A stretch of 63,811 bases of DNA, filler included, from Intoshia linei (taxonomy: Eukaryota; Animalia; Orthonectida), in assembly GCA_001642005.1 (NCBI GenBank). It is 4 parts of 4 records of this genome, joined end to end, with 100 filler letters (N's around TTAATTAATTAA, not from the genome) between each part and the next. Parts side by side here need not be neighbours in the genome. Positions count along the whole stretch, not along the records: positions 1 to 30,730 come from LWCA01000356.1; 3 more parts are not named here. One strand, written 5' to 3'. The notes below the pieces were generated by a model. The model did no database searches, was not told the origin of the DNA, and worked only from the letters and a program-made list of their open reading frames with translations. A program made the translations under genes and the position numbers. Shown here piece after piece: positions 1-13,400 of this stretch. How positions within the stretch are numbered: position 1 is the stretch's first letter; every line of letters starts with the position of its first letter.

Positions 1-482
1 TTTTTATTTGTTTCAATAATTATTAAATATTAACCGATATTAATTTGATAAATTTTTAAAATTAAAAATAGTATTTACATTCAAAATGGTTTTTTTAATA
101 AAAAAGTAGACATCTGATATATTATATTATAGAGTATATATTATGAATATATTATATTATTGATTTTTTAATTTATTCAATAATTTTTTTCAGGAAATAA
201 CTGGAAATCATAAAAATCCAGGAAATTTTGTACGTGTATTTTTCCCTATCACAATCACTAGTTAGAACCCTAAAAAATCATCATAAATAACTTGAATTCC
301 AAAAAAAAAATTTGTTCAAAATATTTTTTTGTAAATTTACTGAAAAAAATTCACGACTTAAAATCTTATCTGTTCAAATTGAGTCTAATGTATTATTATG
401 AGAGGGGTCCAGCGACAATTAACATATATTGTAAAGGTTTATTTGATATAGTTTTTAATACAATATTTTAGAATATCCATAG

Positions 483-1193
483 ATGAACATGTTATTGCCG
501 AAAGGCCCCAAATTTTGATAAATCCGTTTTCCGCGTTTATTTATGGACCGTACATTGCAATCGAAAAAATAAATCTCCTTATTGGATATTCGTATTTAGA
601 TGAACAGTGGGTATGTATTATATAAATAGTATTTTGTATTCTATAAATCACTGACCATTAAACTACGTCTATGGGGCTATTCAACCGCCCTTAAAAAAAT
701 TATCATACATTATTATATATAATGTATAAATTCTAATTAAACAAAAAATACTGATATTTTCCATTTTAACCTTACGATTCGTATTATACTCATACTTAGT
801 CAATTAGAAAGTTTTAACGATACTTATAATCAATTGTATTCACAATTGTATGTCAATAAATAAATATAATTATATTTATAAATTTAAATTGAAAAGTTAA
901 ATTTTTATTGAAATGATCTTACTGCTTTTAAATCACAGACTCTAATATCCATACAAAAAATCATTTAAATAAATTATTTTATTAATTTTTTTTTAACTCA
1001 GTCCGCCCATACCGATGGACCAAGGTCATGGATTTATTCGTACCCGTTTCATGACTAATAATATTATCATTATATTGATTGTCAATTTTAGATTTATTAC
1101 ACTTCTTGTAGTGCAGAAACGAAACCAGACATTATCTTTAAAATAGGAAATAATAATTATACAATTAATCCCAGTGAATATTTAATAAAAAAG
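483..1193 (+). CDS. Pepsin/cathepsin D-family (A1) aspartic protease-like gene, two C-lobe exons (483-610, 1092-1193); partial
   Basis: AG/GT-bounded, phase-compatible exons read EHVIAERPQILINPFSAFIYGPYIAIEKINLLIGYSYLDEQW | IYYTSCSAETKPDIIFKIGNNNYTINPSEYLIKK. This matches the A1 pattern AIVDTGTSLIxGP..I..IN..IG and Y.V.C....PDI.F.IGG..F.L.P.DY. Confidence 0.7.
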
Positions 1194-2977
1194 GTAATTT
1201 CTAATTTAAAAATACTATGAATTAACAAATTCTATAATTATTCAGGACCCTTGAGAGCTAGCAGTACACCCGAATAGATGGAAATTGTAGGCCGATAATT
1301 TTTTTAAATTCAGACGTCTATTACGTTTAATCGATCGTCTATTGTCTAAAAATTGAAAATAACAGTTTTAAATCGCATTTTTCATCATAATTTTGCAACA
1401 TTACCTATTAATACATTAAAATATTAGGTCCTCATGATTGTAGATCACGAGCCATATGACCCTGACCCATTTCCAGGGACATCCACTCTCTGAAATGGAC
1501 ATTTGATTTTTGTATATTTAATAACTTATTAAATACAATACTTATTAATAATAAGTATTGTTTTAAATGAGAAAATTGGTTGATGAATATGACATGCAAT
1601 ATTGTAAAATCTAAAAAACTATTAATAGTTATAATTATAAAGATGCTAATATTTTAAAATTATTATGAAAACTAGGGTTAAAAATTAATTTACTAGTAAT
1701 TACTAGTATAAAGCAGGGGTTCTCAACCTTTTTTTTAAAATGGCTCTCTAAGCCCATAATTCACACTAATTTTTTTTAAATCGCTCCGCTCCATAATTCA
1801 TAACCAAATTGTTACCTTTACTCAATTTTTTAAAGAATTAAAATTTTAAAAAATTGTAATACTTTTCTTCAATATTTTAGACATTGACGGAGTATTAAAA
1901 AATTTAATACATTGTTATGATTAACACTATAAAAAATGGTATTTAAAATACTATTGTATACTCTTAAATATCGATTAATGTTAAGATTTCAGTGTATACT
2001 GAGGAATATCCAAATCAAGCAATTATTGTTACAGAAAAAAAATTAAATTTATTAATATATTTTTTTTAAATATCAATAGCTAAAAATATCGAACTAAANT
2101 GCAAATTAAAAAGTGATTTTGCCATTGACATAGTAAAACTTTTTGCCTCGTTAAACCTTATACAAGTTAAACAACAAAAACTTAAAGAAAAAAAGAAAAC
2201 AAAGCCTGAATAAATTAAGCCTTTACTCTTATCCGGCCACCAAAAGTTCAAATTTACCAATTCCAATAGAAGTATATAACTTAATTTTATCATTTCAGTC
2301 ATTATCATCTCAAGAAACAGTTGTTTCAATGTATACTGATAAATTAAATGAAAAAAAATTAAATTTATTAATATATTTTTTTTAAATATCAATAGCTAAA
2401 AATATCGAACTAAATCTTTTCCGTAAATCTGGATTTAGACACTAGAATGTATTGTTAAAATGTTCATTATAGCTCATATCAGATGTTCGCCCTGTTAAAG
2501 AGTCTGTCGTTAGTTAAATTTTTGTACACCTGTAATTTATGTACATTAATTTCTTTTTAATTTAAATGTGGTCATGTAATTATTTGCTATCAATTCCATA
2601 TATATTGAAAAAAAAATTTAAATATTTCATTATATACTATAATTAAATTACAAATTAAGAAACTAAAATTAATTGAAATAGCTTAGTTGCTATGATGTTG
2701 TGAATCATTATCTTTTGATAGCAAACTGTAAAATTAAAATAAGAAGCATCATGTTGATTAGGAAAATTTCAGCTTTTTAATTGTATGAGTCTCATGCAGA
2801 TCCTCGAAAAAAGTTTCCATTTTGTTGTCTAGTGTTATTTGTCTATTGTTTTTATTTTGGATGAAATAAAAGAATAAACTCTAAAAATACTTTTAAAGTT
2901 TTGTTCATTACTAATACGGTTGATAAAAAACGGGAAACACATATAGTACATTATATTTAATAATACCTTATATTTAC

Positions 2978-5900
2978 CTGTTAGCAGTGTTAATATTATG
3001 GCTTCTATGCCACCAAATGGGCAGGCCATAAAAATTAATTTTCCAATTTTTTTTTTAATTTCTTCTTCGGTCATTGTTGATAAAGCATGTAACGCATGAA
3101 ATCCTCCATATGAATAAGTTACGATAACGCTCTTACCATTCTTATTATCTTCAGAAATTTGTAAAATGTTTCTAAAATCAGTTTCTGTTCGTTTACCTAT
3201 AATAACATTATATTTAAAAATAGAATCTAATTTTGAATGATTTTTAAAGATTATTGAGATTTTTCAGAGAACTAAATTTTATAAAAATAATAAAAACAAA
3301 GCATTATAGAATGGACTTAAATATGCTTTTTAATCTAATTATAAAGTTATAATGAAGTGCAATACACACTTTACATCGGTGTAATCAAGATAATTTGTTT
3401 TAATTTTCCGGTACAATTTTAATGGATTATGAAAATTAACAATAAAAAGTTTACTAATACGTCATGAGATTACTAATCAGAACTTCAATAATGTTTGACA
3501 TATTGAAAGCATTACCTGGTCTCAATCTCGTATCAAAAACCAACGAAAATGCATTTTTCATGTTTACCATTCCCAAATCAGTTAAATTTTCGATAATGTT
3601 TGCGAATACTGTCACTATAAAATTTTAAATGGTTAATTAAATATTATAATATATTATATTATTATTATATATGTATAAATTATATAATTTTGTTTTGTGA
3701 TCTCATAGTGCTGTCTTATCAATTTAAAATTACAATGTATTGAATATAGCCTTATGTGTGAAAATGGGTTTATTGGTTTACATATTTCCAATACATAAAT
3801 ATGGCTGAAAATCTCATAAATTGATTAATTCTGTTTTTTTCATTGCTACGCAATTTTTAATTTTTAAATAGTTTAGAAGCACTTCAACCGTAACTTTGTA
3901 TTATCACTTTTTTATTTATTTAAATTTTGGTAAAATTAACCCGAAATATGCTTTTAAAGAGCTCAGTCCGTTAATTATTGATACAAATCATTTTTTTACT
4001 TATATAAAGCATATACTGAATATATACCACATTAAAATATATAATACCAATGAATTTACAATTTAATTTTTTTTGGAATTTATGCTATTTATGATCATTT
4101 TTAAGATTGTACTATTTTTACTTTATTTTCAAAATTATACTCTCATTCTCTCTAATAAATTTAAAAAATGGAATCACAAAATTTTTTTTAAAATTATTTA
4201 TAGAAATCTAATGTTAAATGACGGGTTAAATGATAAAACAAGTTTGAGAACCACTCCTTTAAAAGATTGATAATAGTGAATTGAAGAATTTTTAAGGAAG
4301 ATTTTATTATTGAATTTATTTTTTTTAGTATATTTAAAAACGTTTGTCTGGTGGCACAACTAGGCGCTGTTTGTACGAAGTACGTAACAGTTAAGCTAGT
4401 CTTTAAATATACAATTTATTTAAAAATTGACCCTCGGAGGAGCTGGCTGCCATTTATACTACTTGTATTATTCCATCTTAATTTTTTGTTTGTTAACATT
4501 TGTGTAAAGAATTTTAAAAACAATTGTTATCCCATTTTTTTAATTTATTGGAAAGAATGTGTGTATAATATTAAAAATAAAGTAAAAACAGTTAAATCCT
4601 AAAAATTATCATAAATAGCATAAATTCCAAAAAAAATAAAAATAATAAAAACCAATTTTGTCATTTTCAATGTGATAACATATATTCAGTACCAATTTAA
4701 TAAATACTTAAAAATACCAATTGTGTATCAATAATTAACTGTATCTTCACTTTATAAACATTTAAGTCGAATTTTACCAATATTGCAAAAGATTATAATA
4801 TAAAAATGATAATAACAAAGTTTTTTAGTTTCGTTGTTGTAGTTTCTTATTTAAATTTAAATGTTTTAATAAAAATGTTTTGATCGAAATATTTGAAAAA
4901 TATTGGTTGATAATATATTCCAAATTATTTTTTCCTTGGGAATACGTAGATTTCTGGGGTTTAAATTTTGTATTTATATCAACTGGTATAAGCTCTATTA
5001 GAATCGTTTTTTTTATTTTTTCACCGTTAATTATTTTACATTTTTAGTTTTAATAAAATATTTCGGAAAAAAAATATATGAATACTAAATCTTTTTTGAC
5101 TGTGAAGTCGTCACTTATTCGAATTAAAAATTTTTTATGTGTGTTAACAGGATACAACTGTATGACCTGTAATATTTTTGAAATTCTAGGGCTGTTTTCA
5201 TTAAAAAAAGAAGGGTTTTTGGGGTTTTGGCTCTGAAGATATATTTTTTTTAAATTTAAATTTATGATAATGTTTATGATTTTAAAATCCGCATCAGCGT
5301 ATATATTTTTTTAAATTCTCCAACTTGTTTGATTTTCAAAAAGATGGATAACTAGGGTTTTTGACCCGTAAGATGTGAGTTTGGCAGATTGAAATTTATC
5401 TTATTATACGTCCCGGAAAAAACTGTGATTGAAATTTGAAATTTATAAAATTCTAAGACGGGTAGTTATTTAAATACAGCGTAACACACAAACAGACAGA
5501 CACACATACAAACAAAAATCGCGTAGCATATTATATATATTATACATTAACATATACTAACATTTTTTTAGTATATATATAATTATGAGTTATTAACAAC
5601 ATATAAAATTACTGTGTCCTTCAACTTCAGAAACTAAATTAACATCATAATTTTCGCTCCAATCTAATTCAACATCACAGGTATCAGTACTTTTCCCATT
5701 TATTGGATCATTTTCGTCATACGTTAATCTTTAAAATGATTAAACTCATAAAAATAATATAAAAAAATTTATATGATAAATGTATTTCTATAAACAAAAA
5801 GTTACTTAATAACAAGTTACGTTATACAGAAATTTATTGTATATGGATTTAATATCCATCTTTTTCATCCTTAGATGAATTAGATTGTATTTTTGTATTA

Positions 5901-6702
5901 AAATCAAATTCGTTCCTCAACATAGAATTACATTTCTTTATTTTCTTCCCATAACTTTGGCTTCTTTTTAAAAGGTAATTTTTTTTAATTCATTGATAGA
6001 CTATCACCCATATATCATGAATATCTCTTGAAGAGATATTCTCCCAATATTTCACATAAATAAGAAACTACGGATATCAAATGATTATATCTCAGAAATA
6101 ATGCAAATAAATAATAATCGATTAAATTTATTTAGACCTATAATTAAATGAGTGTCATTGATGAACTTTTAAAGTTGGTTATTTCAGTCGCCCTGAAGCT
6201 ATTTTTTATGTACATCGTCGGTTCGTGTTTTGGGTCCGCTAGTTTAGATCGACCGTACTATGGACGTATTGCAGAAACATAACCATATCACCTATATACT
6301 ACGACTATAGCCCATACACCTACATTGTACTATCCCTTTCAACGTTTTACCACAAACAGCCACGAGAATTAAAATACTAAAATGTAAATTTCATTTAATT
6401 CCTTCATTAAAAAAAATACGTAAAATAACGTCGAAATTTTAAACGGCTTTCGAGAACACTGTATTATTGTCAAAAATATATTAATGTACTTTAATTTGTT
6501 TTGATGATAACTTGAGAACACCAATTTCAAAATACTTTTAACAGTTTTTTGAATAGGCCATATAATTTGTCTTTTTGTGTCATCATCTTTGTTTACGCAG
6601 TATAATTTTGAAGTTCCAAAACCACTCACTAAAAATTTACTTATTTATGAAAACTTCAATTGTTACGCAATATTACTGCTGGTGGTTTATTCATAAGTAT
6701 TT
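2978..6702 (-). CDS. LCAT / group XV phospholipase A2-like protein, paralog 1 (partial; exons approx. 6702-6667, 6628-~6490, ~5728-5613, ~3615-3517, ~3196-2978)
   Basis: Spliced peptides KPPAVILLSGFGTSKL...IIWP, RLTYDEND, VFANIIENLTDLGMVNMKNAFSLVFDTRLRP and VIVTYSYGG...LIFMACPFGG are collinear with LCAT/PLA2G15 (PVVLVPG, YDWR, AHSMG, GAPWGG). Confidence 0.75.
4260..4399 (+). mobile_element. 3' end of non-autonomous Helitron family
   Basis: Hairpin CTGTTTGTACGAAGTACGTAACAG followed by TTAAGCTAG|T. The same end recurs near 23060, 26540 and 58680. Confidence 0.7.
4660..5545 (-). mobile_element. Copy of dispersed Helitron-derived repeat family
   Basis: Shares long blocks (ATATTGGTTGATAATATATT..., GTAAGATGTGAGTTTGG, CACACAAACAAAAATCGCGTAGCATATTATATA) with copies at about 10.7-11.6k, 21.5k, 25.4k, 29.9k, 40.3-41.3k and 50.0k. 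Confidence 0.7.
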
Positions 6703-8650
6703 CTAAATTGATGTTTTTAATTTAGTCTAAATTGTAAAAATTAAAGTTTAAAAAAATGTTTTTATTATTGTTGAACCATAGCCAAAACTGTCATATGCGA
6801 GCCACGCGAAAATCAAAAATAGATTAACACCCAAAATTTTGAAAATTATTTAATTGTTCAAGATTAAATTTACAGATGAGTTAGTAAAATTACAATTTTG
6901 GCTAATAAATTAAGCCATTTTTTTAAATGTAAGATTTTGTCGTAATTCCATCAATTTTTCAGAAATAAGGAGAGGTTGCTAGGGATTACAAGGTATACAT
7001 TTTAGAAAAATTTTTATGGACCTATTTTTCATTTTTGGGCCCCGAGCATGTTAGGTTCCCCTCAGAGTCCAGTGCATAATATTAATAGATTTTAGAATAT
7101 TAATCATAAGATCTAAATTTTTCATTTTGTTTGCCAAAAAGTATGGCTTCATATTTATCTTTGAATCAAGTCCATTTATTAAAAGTTTCGATAATTATTT
7201 TGGAATGCAACTTAATGTAAAATTGTACAGCTAAATTTTCATTGAAGAATTTGACACTATTTTAAATACAGTAGCTTCCGATTTATTCACTGCTTCTCAA
7301 AATTTAATCACTTATAAATTAATCATTAATCTGACAAATTTACTAGAGTAGAAAAAAGGAACGTGCATTTTGAAAGTCTGAACCAAATTGAACATTTTAT
7401 CTCCCTTCTCTTTTTTTAACATCAAAAATTGGCTTGTAAATTGTTGTGTTGACACTAATTTATTTAAGTTATGTTAATTAATTTTAATAAATATATGGAT
7501 GTCGAATTCCTCATAAAAGTTTTAGAAACAATTATTATTGATATAGATCTAAATTATAACCTTCAACATGAATACTACAGTAAATACTGCACAATAAACA
7601 AAATAAATATAAGGTGACAACGAAAAATGTTCATAATGTCAAGTTGTGCAAATTGCATGTATTTATAATAAATTTTATCGCATAATAATGAAATTATATA
7701 GTCAGATCTCTTAATTCGCCTTTTTGGTATTGAGCATATAACGTCGTAGCGAATAAATCATGGATATGGTTACTATGTATTAATAAACATTCATAAAATA
7801 AAATAATGATAGAATGAAGTTCATTCATCCAACAAAAGCGTTTTTTAATGTATTTGTTTGTAAATTTAATTAGGGTTTGGTAAGTTATAATTACCATTAG
7901 ATTACTAACTTATATAATACTGGTTTACATTATTAAAATATATATGATTTTAAATTAAGGATTTAACACATTTTAATAAAATTGTGACAGTATTGAGAGT
8001 TTGGTGGTAATGAGAAATTTTCTTATAAGATTGAAATATAATAGCGGTATCGAGAGGTCAGACTATATGAAAATTTTACACTATGTATCGATTTAAAAAT
8101 ATTACCAATTGTGATTTCATCGGTGCGTTTGATATTACCAAGAAGAATCGATTGATAGACAATATATGCTATGCATAACTGTACATAAATGTGCAACATT
8201 TTAAATGTAAATTTATATGAAATTTAATAAATAATTAGCATCCCTTTAAAATTAATGTAAATAGCAATATATTTAAGTAGCTAACTTTAATAAAATTACA
8301 ATAACACCATAAATTTATCAAAGGCCATATGGTTTTTAACAAAAATATCCAAAAAATCATAATGATTAATAGAATGGCAGCTGCATTGATATTTTTATTA
8401 GATTGCCTTTATTTTTTTCACTGTTGAAGGACTTAATTTAAGTTTTTTATAATGCACCTGTGTAAATAATTTTAATTATAAGGTTAAAAATAAAATCAAA
8501 TTTTTGGATGAAGATTTATAACCTATACTAAATATATATCTAAATTTGAGTAATCTCGTCATTAATTTTGGCATGTGACACGGAAGCTTTCGAAGTAAAA
8601 TAAAAATTTTAAATACAGAAACAGAAGTAATGGTATATATTCAGTATCTA

Positions 8651-10219
8651 CAGGGATGGAAACATCGCTGCTGTTTTTTTTGTGCAGACAGCAAGTGCTA
8701 TTTAATTTAACAGCAAAATGTATTGCTATTAATAACAAAAATAAACAGCAATATTTTATAATTTTTTAAATACAAATTTAAAGCTAAAATTATATATCTA
8801 TGATAGTTAATATCTATGAATGTTGCAATATGAGGAATAATAAATACCAAGATATTTTACCGGTCAGATGTGGAGCACATTTTTTTAATTTATTAAAGGG
8901 AGATGTTTTCAAAAAAAATATTTTGATGATAAATACGATAAAAAAAATTTTTAATTTCATATGTAGTGGAGATTTGCCACGTTATAGTGTGACTAGGCGG
9001 AACTATCGTTATGATATTTTTGTGATGGCTGTAAAAAAAATGGTTCAATCAGTTTTCAGATATCACTTACAAAATGCATATCGATTTTAGATAGAATAGC
9101 AATGCAAATATTAAACATACAAAAAGATACATCTAACGTAATCACTTTGATAGCTGCATATCATGATGTGTACACATTTTGGAATACAGGGTTGGATGCT
9201 CTAATAAATAAGGAAGAAATTATAGAATTGTTGCAATTGTGGAAGAAAAGATAGATAATGTTTAATAGTTCTAAACTCTAGTTGATCACATCCCATTTAA
9301 TCAATTTCATTTGCCAAAAATTTGCAGATATATTTGTACATTACGACAATAGTATTTTAATTTTTAAGAATTGGGCAATTTCAATCCTTCTAATTGCAAA
9401 ACATATAGGATTTAACAATGAAATTTAAGAAATTGAAAATTTAAACATGTTTGATATTAATGTTGATATATCAAAATTGCCAATACACAAAATATTAATT
9501 AATATTATTTTAAAAATCATTATATCTGAGGCCTTTGTGGAAAGATGTTTTTCTAAACACAGAAAAATCCATTCTCAAAGTAGACCTAATCTATTTCTGG
9601 AAAACTTGGATAACACATTATTCATAAGATACAGTGCCGGTCAAAAGTCTTGGACCCCCCTGAATTATATTAATTTAATGGTGATTATAATTATTTTTAA
9701 AAGCTTTGATGAAAATTAATTGTTTAATATTTAGTATGTAGTCCTTTAGAAGTGACAATGGACTTGATTCTTCTTGGAATACTCTTGTATAGGTTTTGTA
9801 TATAAGAATTTGGTATTTTATTCCATTCATCTAATGCGATTATCCATAAGTCTTCGACATTGCTTGGTTGTCTAATTTTAATATTTTTTTTTAATATGTG
9901 CCACATATTTTCTATGATATTTATATCAGGACTCTGTCCCAATCCCAAGGACAATTATGAAAACAGTACTTACAGTTCTTACATTTTTTTTAAATTAATA
10001 TTGATACAAAATAATATGATTGTTAAATATGGATCTATCACGGATATATTAACGTAATAAATTTACCAAAACATTTCACTTGATACAGTAATTTAATCAT
10101 TAAAACGCCAAAATAATTTTTTTATAAAAACGCTATTAATAACTGCTATTTATTTAACACCAGCACTGTTTGCTATTAATTGCTCAGAGCTACTATTAAT
10201 AGCAAATCAGCCATCCCTG
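8651..10219 (+). mobile_element. Decayed hAT transposon with TIRs and perfect 8-bp TSD
   Basis: TIR CAGGGATGG...CCATCCCTG and TSD AGTATCTA (8643-8650, 10220-10227). Transposase remnants include RCGAHFFNL (CxxH) and SEAFVERCFS (dimerisation domain). Confidence 0.9.
9632..9950 (-). mobile_element. Tc1/mariner 3' fragment nested in the hAT element
   Basis: TA|CAGTGCCGGTCAAAAGTCTTGG TIR; C-terminal peptide SPDINIIENMW...SIPRRIKSIVTSKGLHTKY. Confidence 0.9.
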
Positions 10220-10497
10220 AGTATCTACTTTCAATAAGTAAAAAATATTTAGTATTGATAATTATATGACTCAGAACTATAAAAACATATTTCGGGGCAA
10301 TTTTACCAACATTATAATAAAAATGATACATGTAACAAACTTGTACCTCAAGTGACTTAAAATTTTTTGAAAATAAACAATAATTTTGCCGAATATAATT
10401 CCAACATGTTTTTAATACTAGACTAATTTTTCCTACCACAAATAGACATGCCAATTTGTGAATCACCCTAAGGTAGTGTTTTAGAAGGTATTAATTA

Positions 10498-13400
10498 TTA
10501 TTTATTTAATACATTAGGATTCCAATATGCTATAGGATAATTAGACATTTTATTAATATGATATCTGACTGATACAGCTATAGTCATTCCGATGAAAAAC
10601 ATCATCAATGAAACTGATAGATAACCATCATTAATAATATAATTGTATTCGGATTTATCCTAAAAAATAATAAATATTTATAAATAAATGCTAACTTATA
10701 TAATATGCTATGCGATTTTTGTTTGTTTGTGTGTGTGTTCCACTTTATTGAAAATTTAAAAATTTACAGGTGATACAGTTTTATTCTGTTAAAACACACA
10801 AAAAATTTCAATATGAATAAGTGACGACTTCACGGTCAAAACAGCATTTTAGTATTCATATATTTTTTTCGAAATATTTTATTAAAACAAAAAATGTGAA
10901 ATAATTAACTGTCCAAAAATTAAAAAAAAGATTATTCTGATAGAGCTTATTTCAGTTAATATAAGTACAAAAGTTAAACCCGAAGAATGTACGCATTCCC
11001 GATGAAAAATAATTTTTAATACATTATCAACCAATATTTTTGAAATATTTCAATTAAAATAAAAATTGAAAATGTAAATATTGATCCTACAATTTCAAAA
11101 TAAAGCATATTAAATGTCTACACATTTCCAATAAAGAAATATGGGTGAAAATCTATATAATTCATTCTTTCTGAATTTTTTTCATAGCTATGCAATTAAT
11201 AAATTTCAAATTCTCATTTTCAAAAAATTTTGAATAAAATTTAAATAGAACCAAACAACGAAACTAAAACAACTTTGTTAATATCATTTTTATATTTATT
11301 ACAATCCTTTTTTGAATTTTTTATTAAATTTATAATAATTTTTATGATTTTAAAATTCGTATTGGCCTATATATTTTTTTAAATTCTCCTACTCGTTTAA
11401 TTTTCAAAAATAGGGACATTTGGGGTTTTTGACTCGTAAGATGTGAGTTTGGGAGGTTTAAATGTATCTTATTATAGGTCCCGGAAAAAACTGTAATGGA
11501 AATGTAGATTTTATAAAAATCTAAGACTGGTAGTTATTTCAATAAAGTGGAATACACAGACACACACACAAACAAAAATCGCGTAGCATATTATATAAGT
11601 AAGGATATAACGATAAATTACAAATTTAAATTGAATCGCATTGGTAGAAATTTTGATAATGTACATGGAAACAGACATTATCCATGTATCTGCAGTGTTA
11701 TAAGCCATATAAAATATGGCCATGGAGCTCCCTCCAACGTATGGATCACAAACTGTCAAATTAAAAGCAGCGAATGGTATATAGGTAAATATTTCGAATA
11801 TATTATTGATTAAAACAATCACAAAAATAAAAATGTATATATAATAAGGAGCTTGAAAATCAATCAAATCATATGGATTTTGATTATCCACTAAAGTAAC
11901 ATTTTTCATTGCATTAAGCATTTTGGCACTTCTAAGCTTATCCATATCTATACACATATATTTTACAAGGTATGCTATTATCAAAGCAACAAATCCTCTA
12001 AATATAATTGTTTTGTAGAATATTTTTAATGGTTTTATGTCTGGTTTAGAAATATATCGTGCAACAAATGGAGATATAATCAAATTAATTAACAATGCCG
12101 GTGTCGTTATGAAAGCATATAAATCCACGTCCAATCCATAATTTATCAATCGTATTAATGATACATTTTCTGCCGCTATATATATAATCTAAAATGTATT
12201 AGCTTCTAATTTAGTTTTAACTCTTTGAGAAATATTCGTTATTTTTGAATGAGATTTGTTGTAACATTTAAAACAAGTTATATGCTATTCAATAGGGATT
12301 TCCAACCGATGTGTCGCCAAACTTTTTAAAATTTATTTAATTTATTTTTTAAAATTTGTGAAACCAAATAAAATTTTTACACAACTAAAATAGCGTTAAT
12401 TTTCACTAAATTTATCATTAAAATGATTATTTTATAGTCAAAATCAATAAATAAAACATTAAATTAGTCATCAAATACACTTTTTAATATTGTTCACGCA
12501 CATTTTTGAAATAATGAAAAAATAATTTAAATCTCGTTGATACAAATGTGATTTTATGTTATATATAAAGATATTAAAAGAACCTTTCGTAATTTTTGTT
12601 ATTAATAAACGGTATTAACAATATTAACTGATTAAAAATTTTAGCATTTTTATATTTTTCTACTACTGTACTATATACTACATAGTATGAGTAGATAATT
12701 TAGATAGTATTAAAACATAAAATAAAACAAGTAAATTTAATTTTTTAGTAGAATTATAATTATAAAAAAGCCTAAAACGCTGCGTAATACTACAAATGAT
12801 GAAATTTGATTGAAATTAAAAATTTTTAAATTTTATTTTTTTCAGTGAGTCCCAACATTATTAGGCACCATAGATCATTTATGTAAGCTTAAAAGCTTTG
12901 TGTATCTTTGTTATTCAAAATTCGAGAACAACTGCTCTGTTTAAATAATTATAATGTAACCTTAATAGTAAGGTGGATAAACACGTATTGAATTATTGGT
13001 TTGTGTTTTAGTAGCTGAAAGAATTGTTTATAAACCGCTTTTATTTCTATTTTTTCATTGATATCTTTATTTCGTTTGAAGAAAATGGATGTAGTCACAA
13101 TAAATGTTAATATTGCTAACATTAACACAAAATCTAAATTATTTTATTATATATATTATACATACATTAGGGTGTCTAATTTTTTGAAAAATTTTAGAAT
13201 TCGATGGGCAATTAGCACTAAAAGTGTGTACTTTTAAAATAGAAAAACTAATTTGCAATCAAAAACATTTAACGATATCTATTCGAGTTGCGTTTGTCAT
13301 TTTAAATATCCCTGTATAAATATTATAGAGAAATTAAAACTGAACTTTATTTTAACGGAAATTGGCGTTTGAGCTGTTAAACGCAGTACCGCCTTAATAA

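Noticed and set aside
2034-2414. 65-bp direct repeat (2034-2098, 2350-2414) and ORF 2066-2392
   Set aside because: The first copy ends at the single N (2099), so this is most likely a contig-join artefact; the ORF spans the join.
4361-4399. Recurrent hairpin as CRISPR repeat, terminator or tRNA
   Set aside because: Copies are dispersed rather than arrayed, the context is eukaryotic, and they fit Helitron 3' ends.
11547-11813. Plus-strand ORF (likewise 18775-18993, 60192-60449, 55744-55929)
   Set aside because: Antisense to real exons, with no independent signal.
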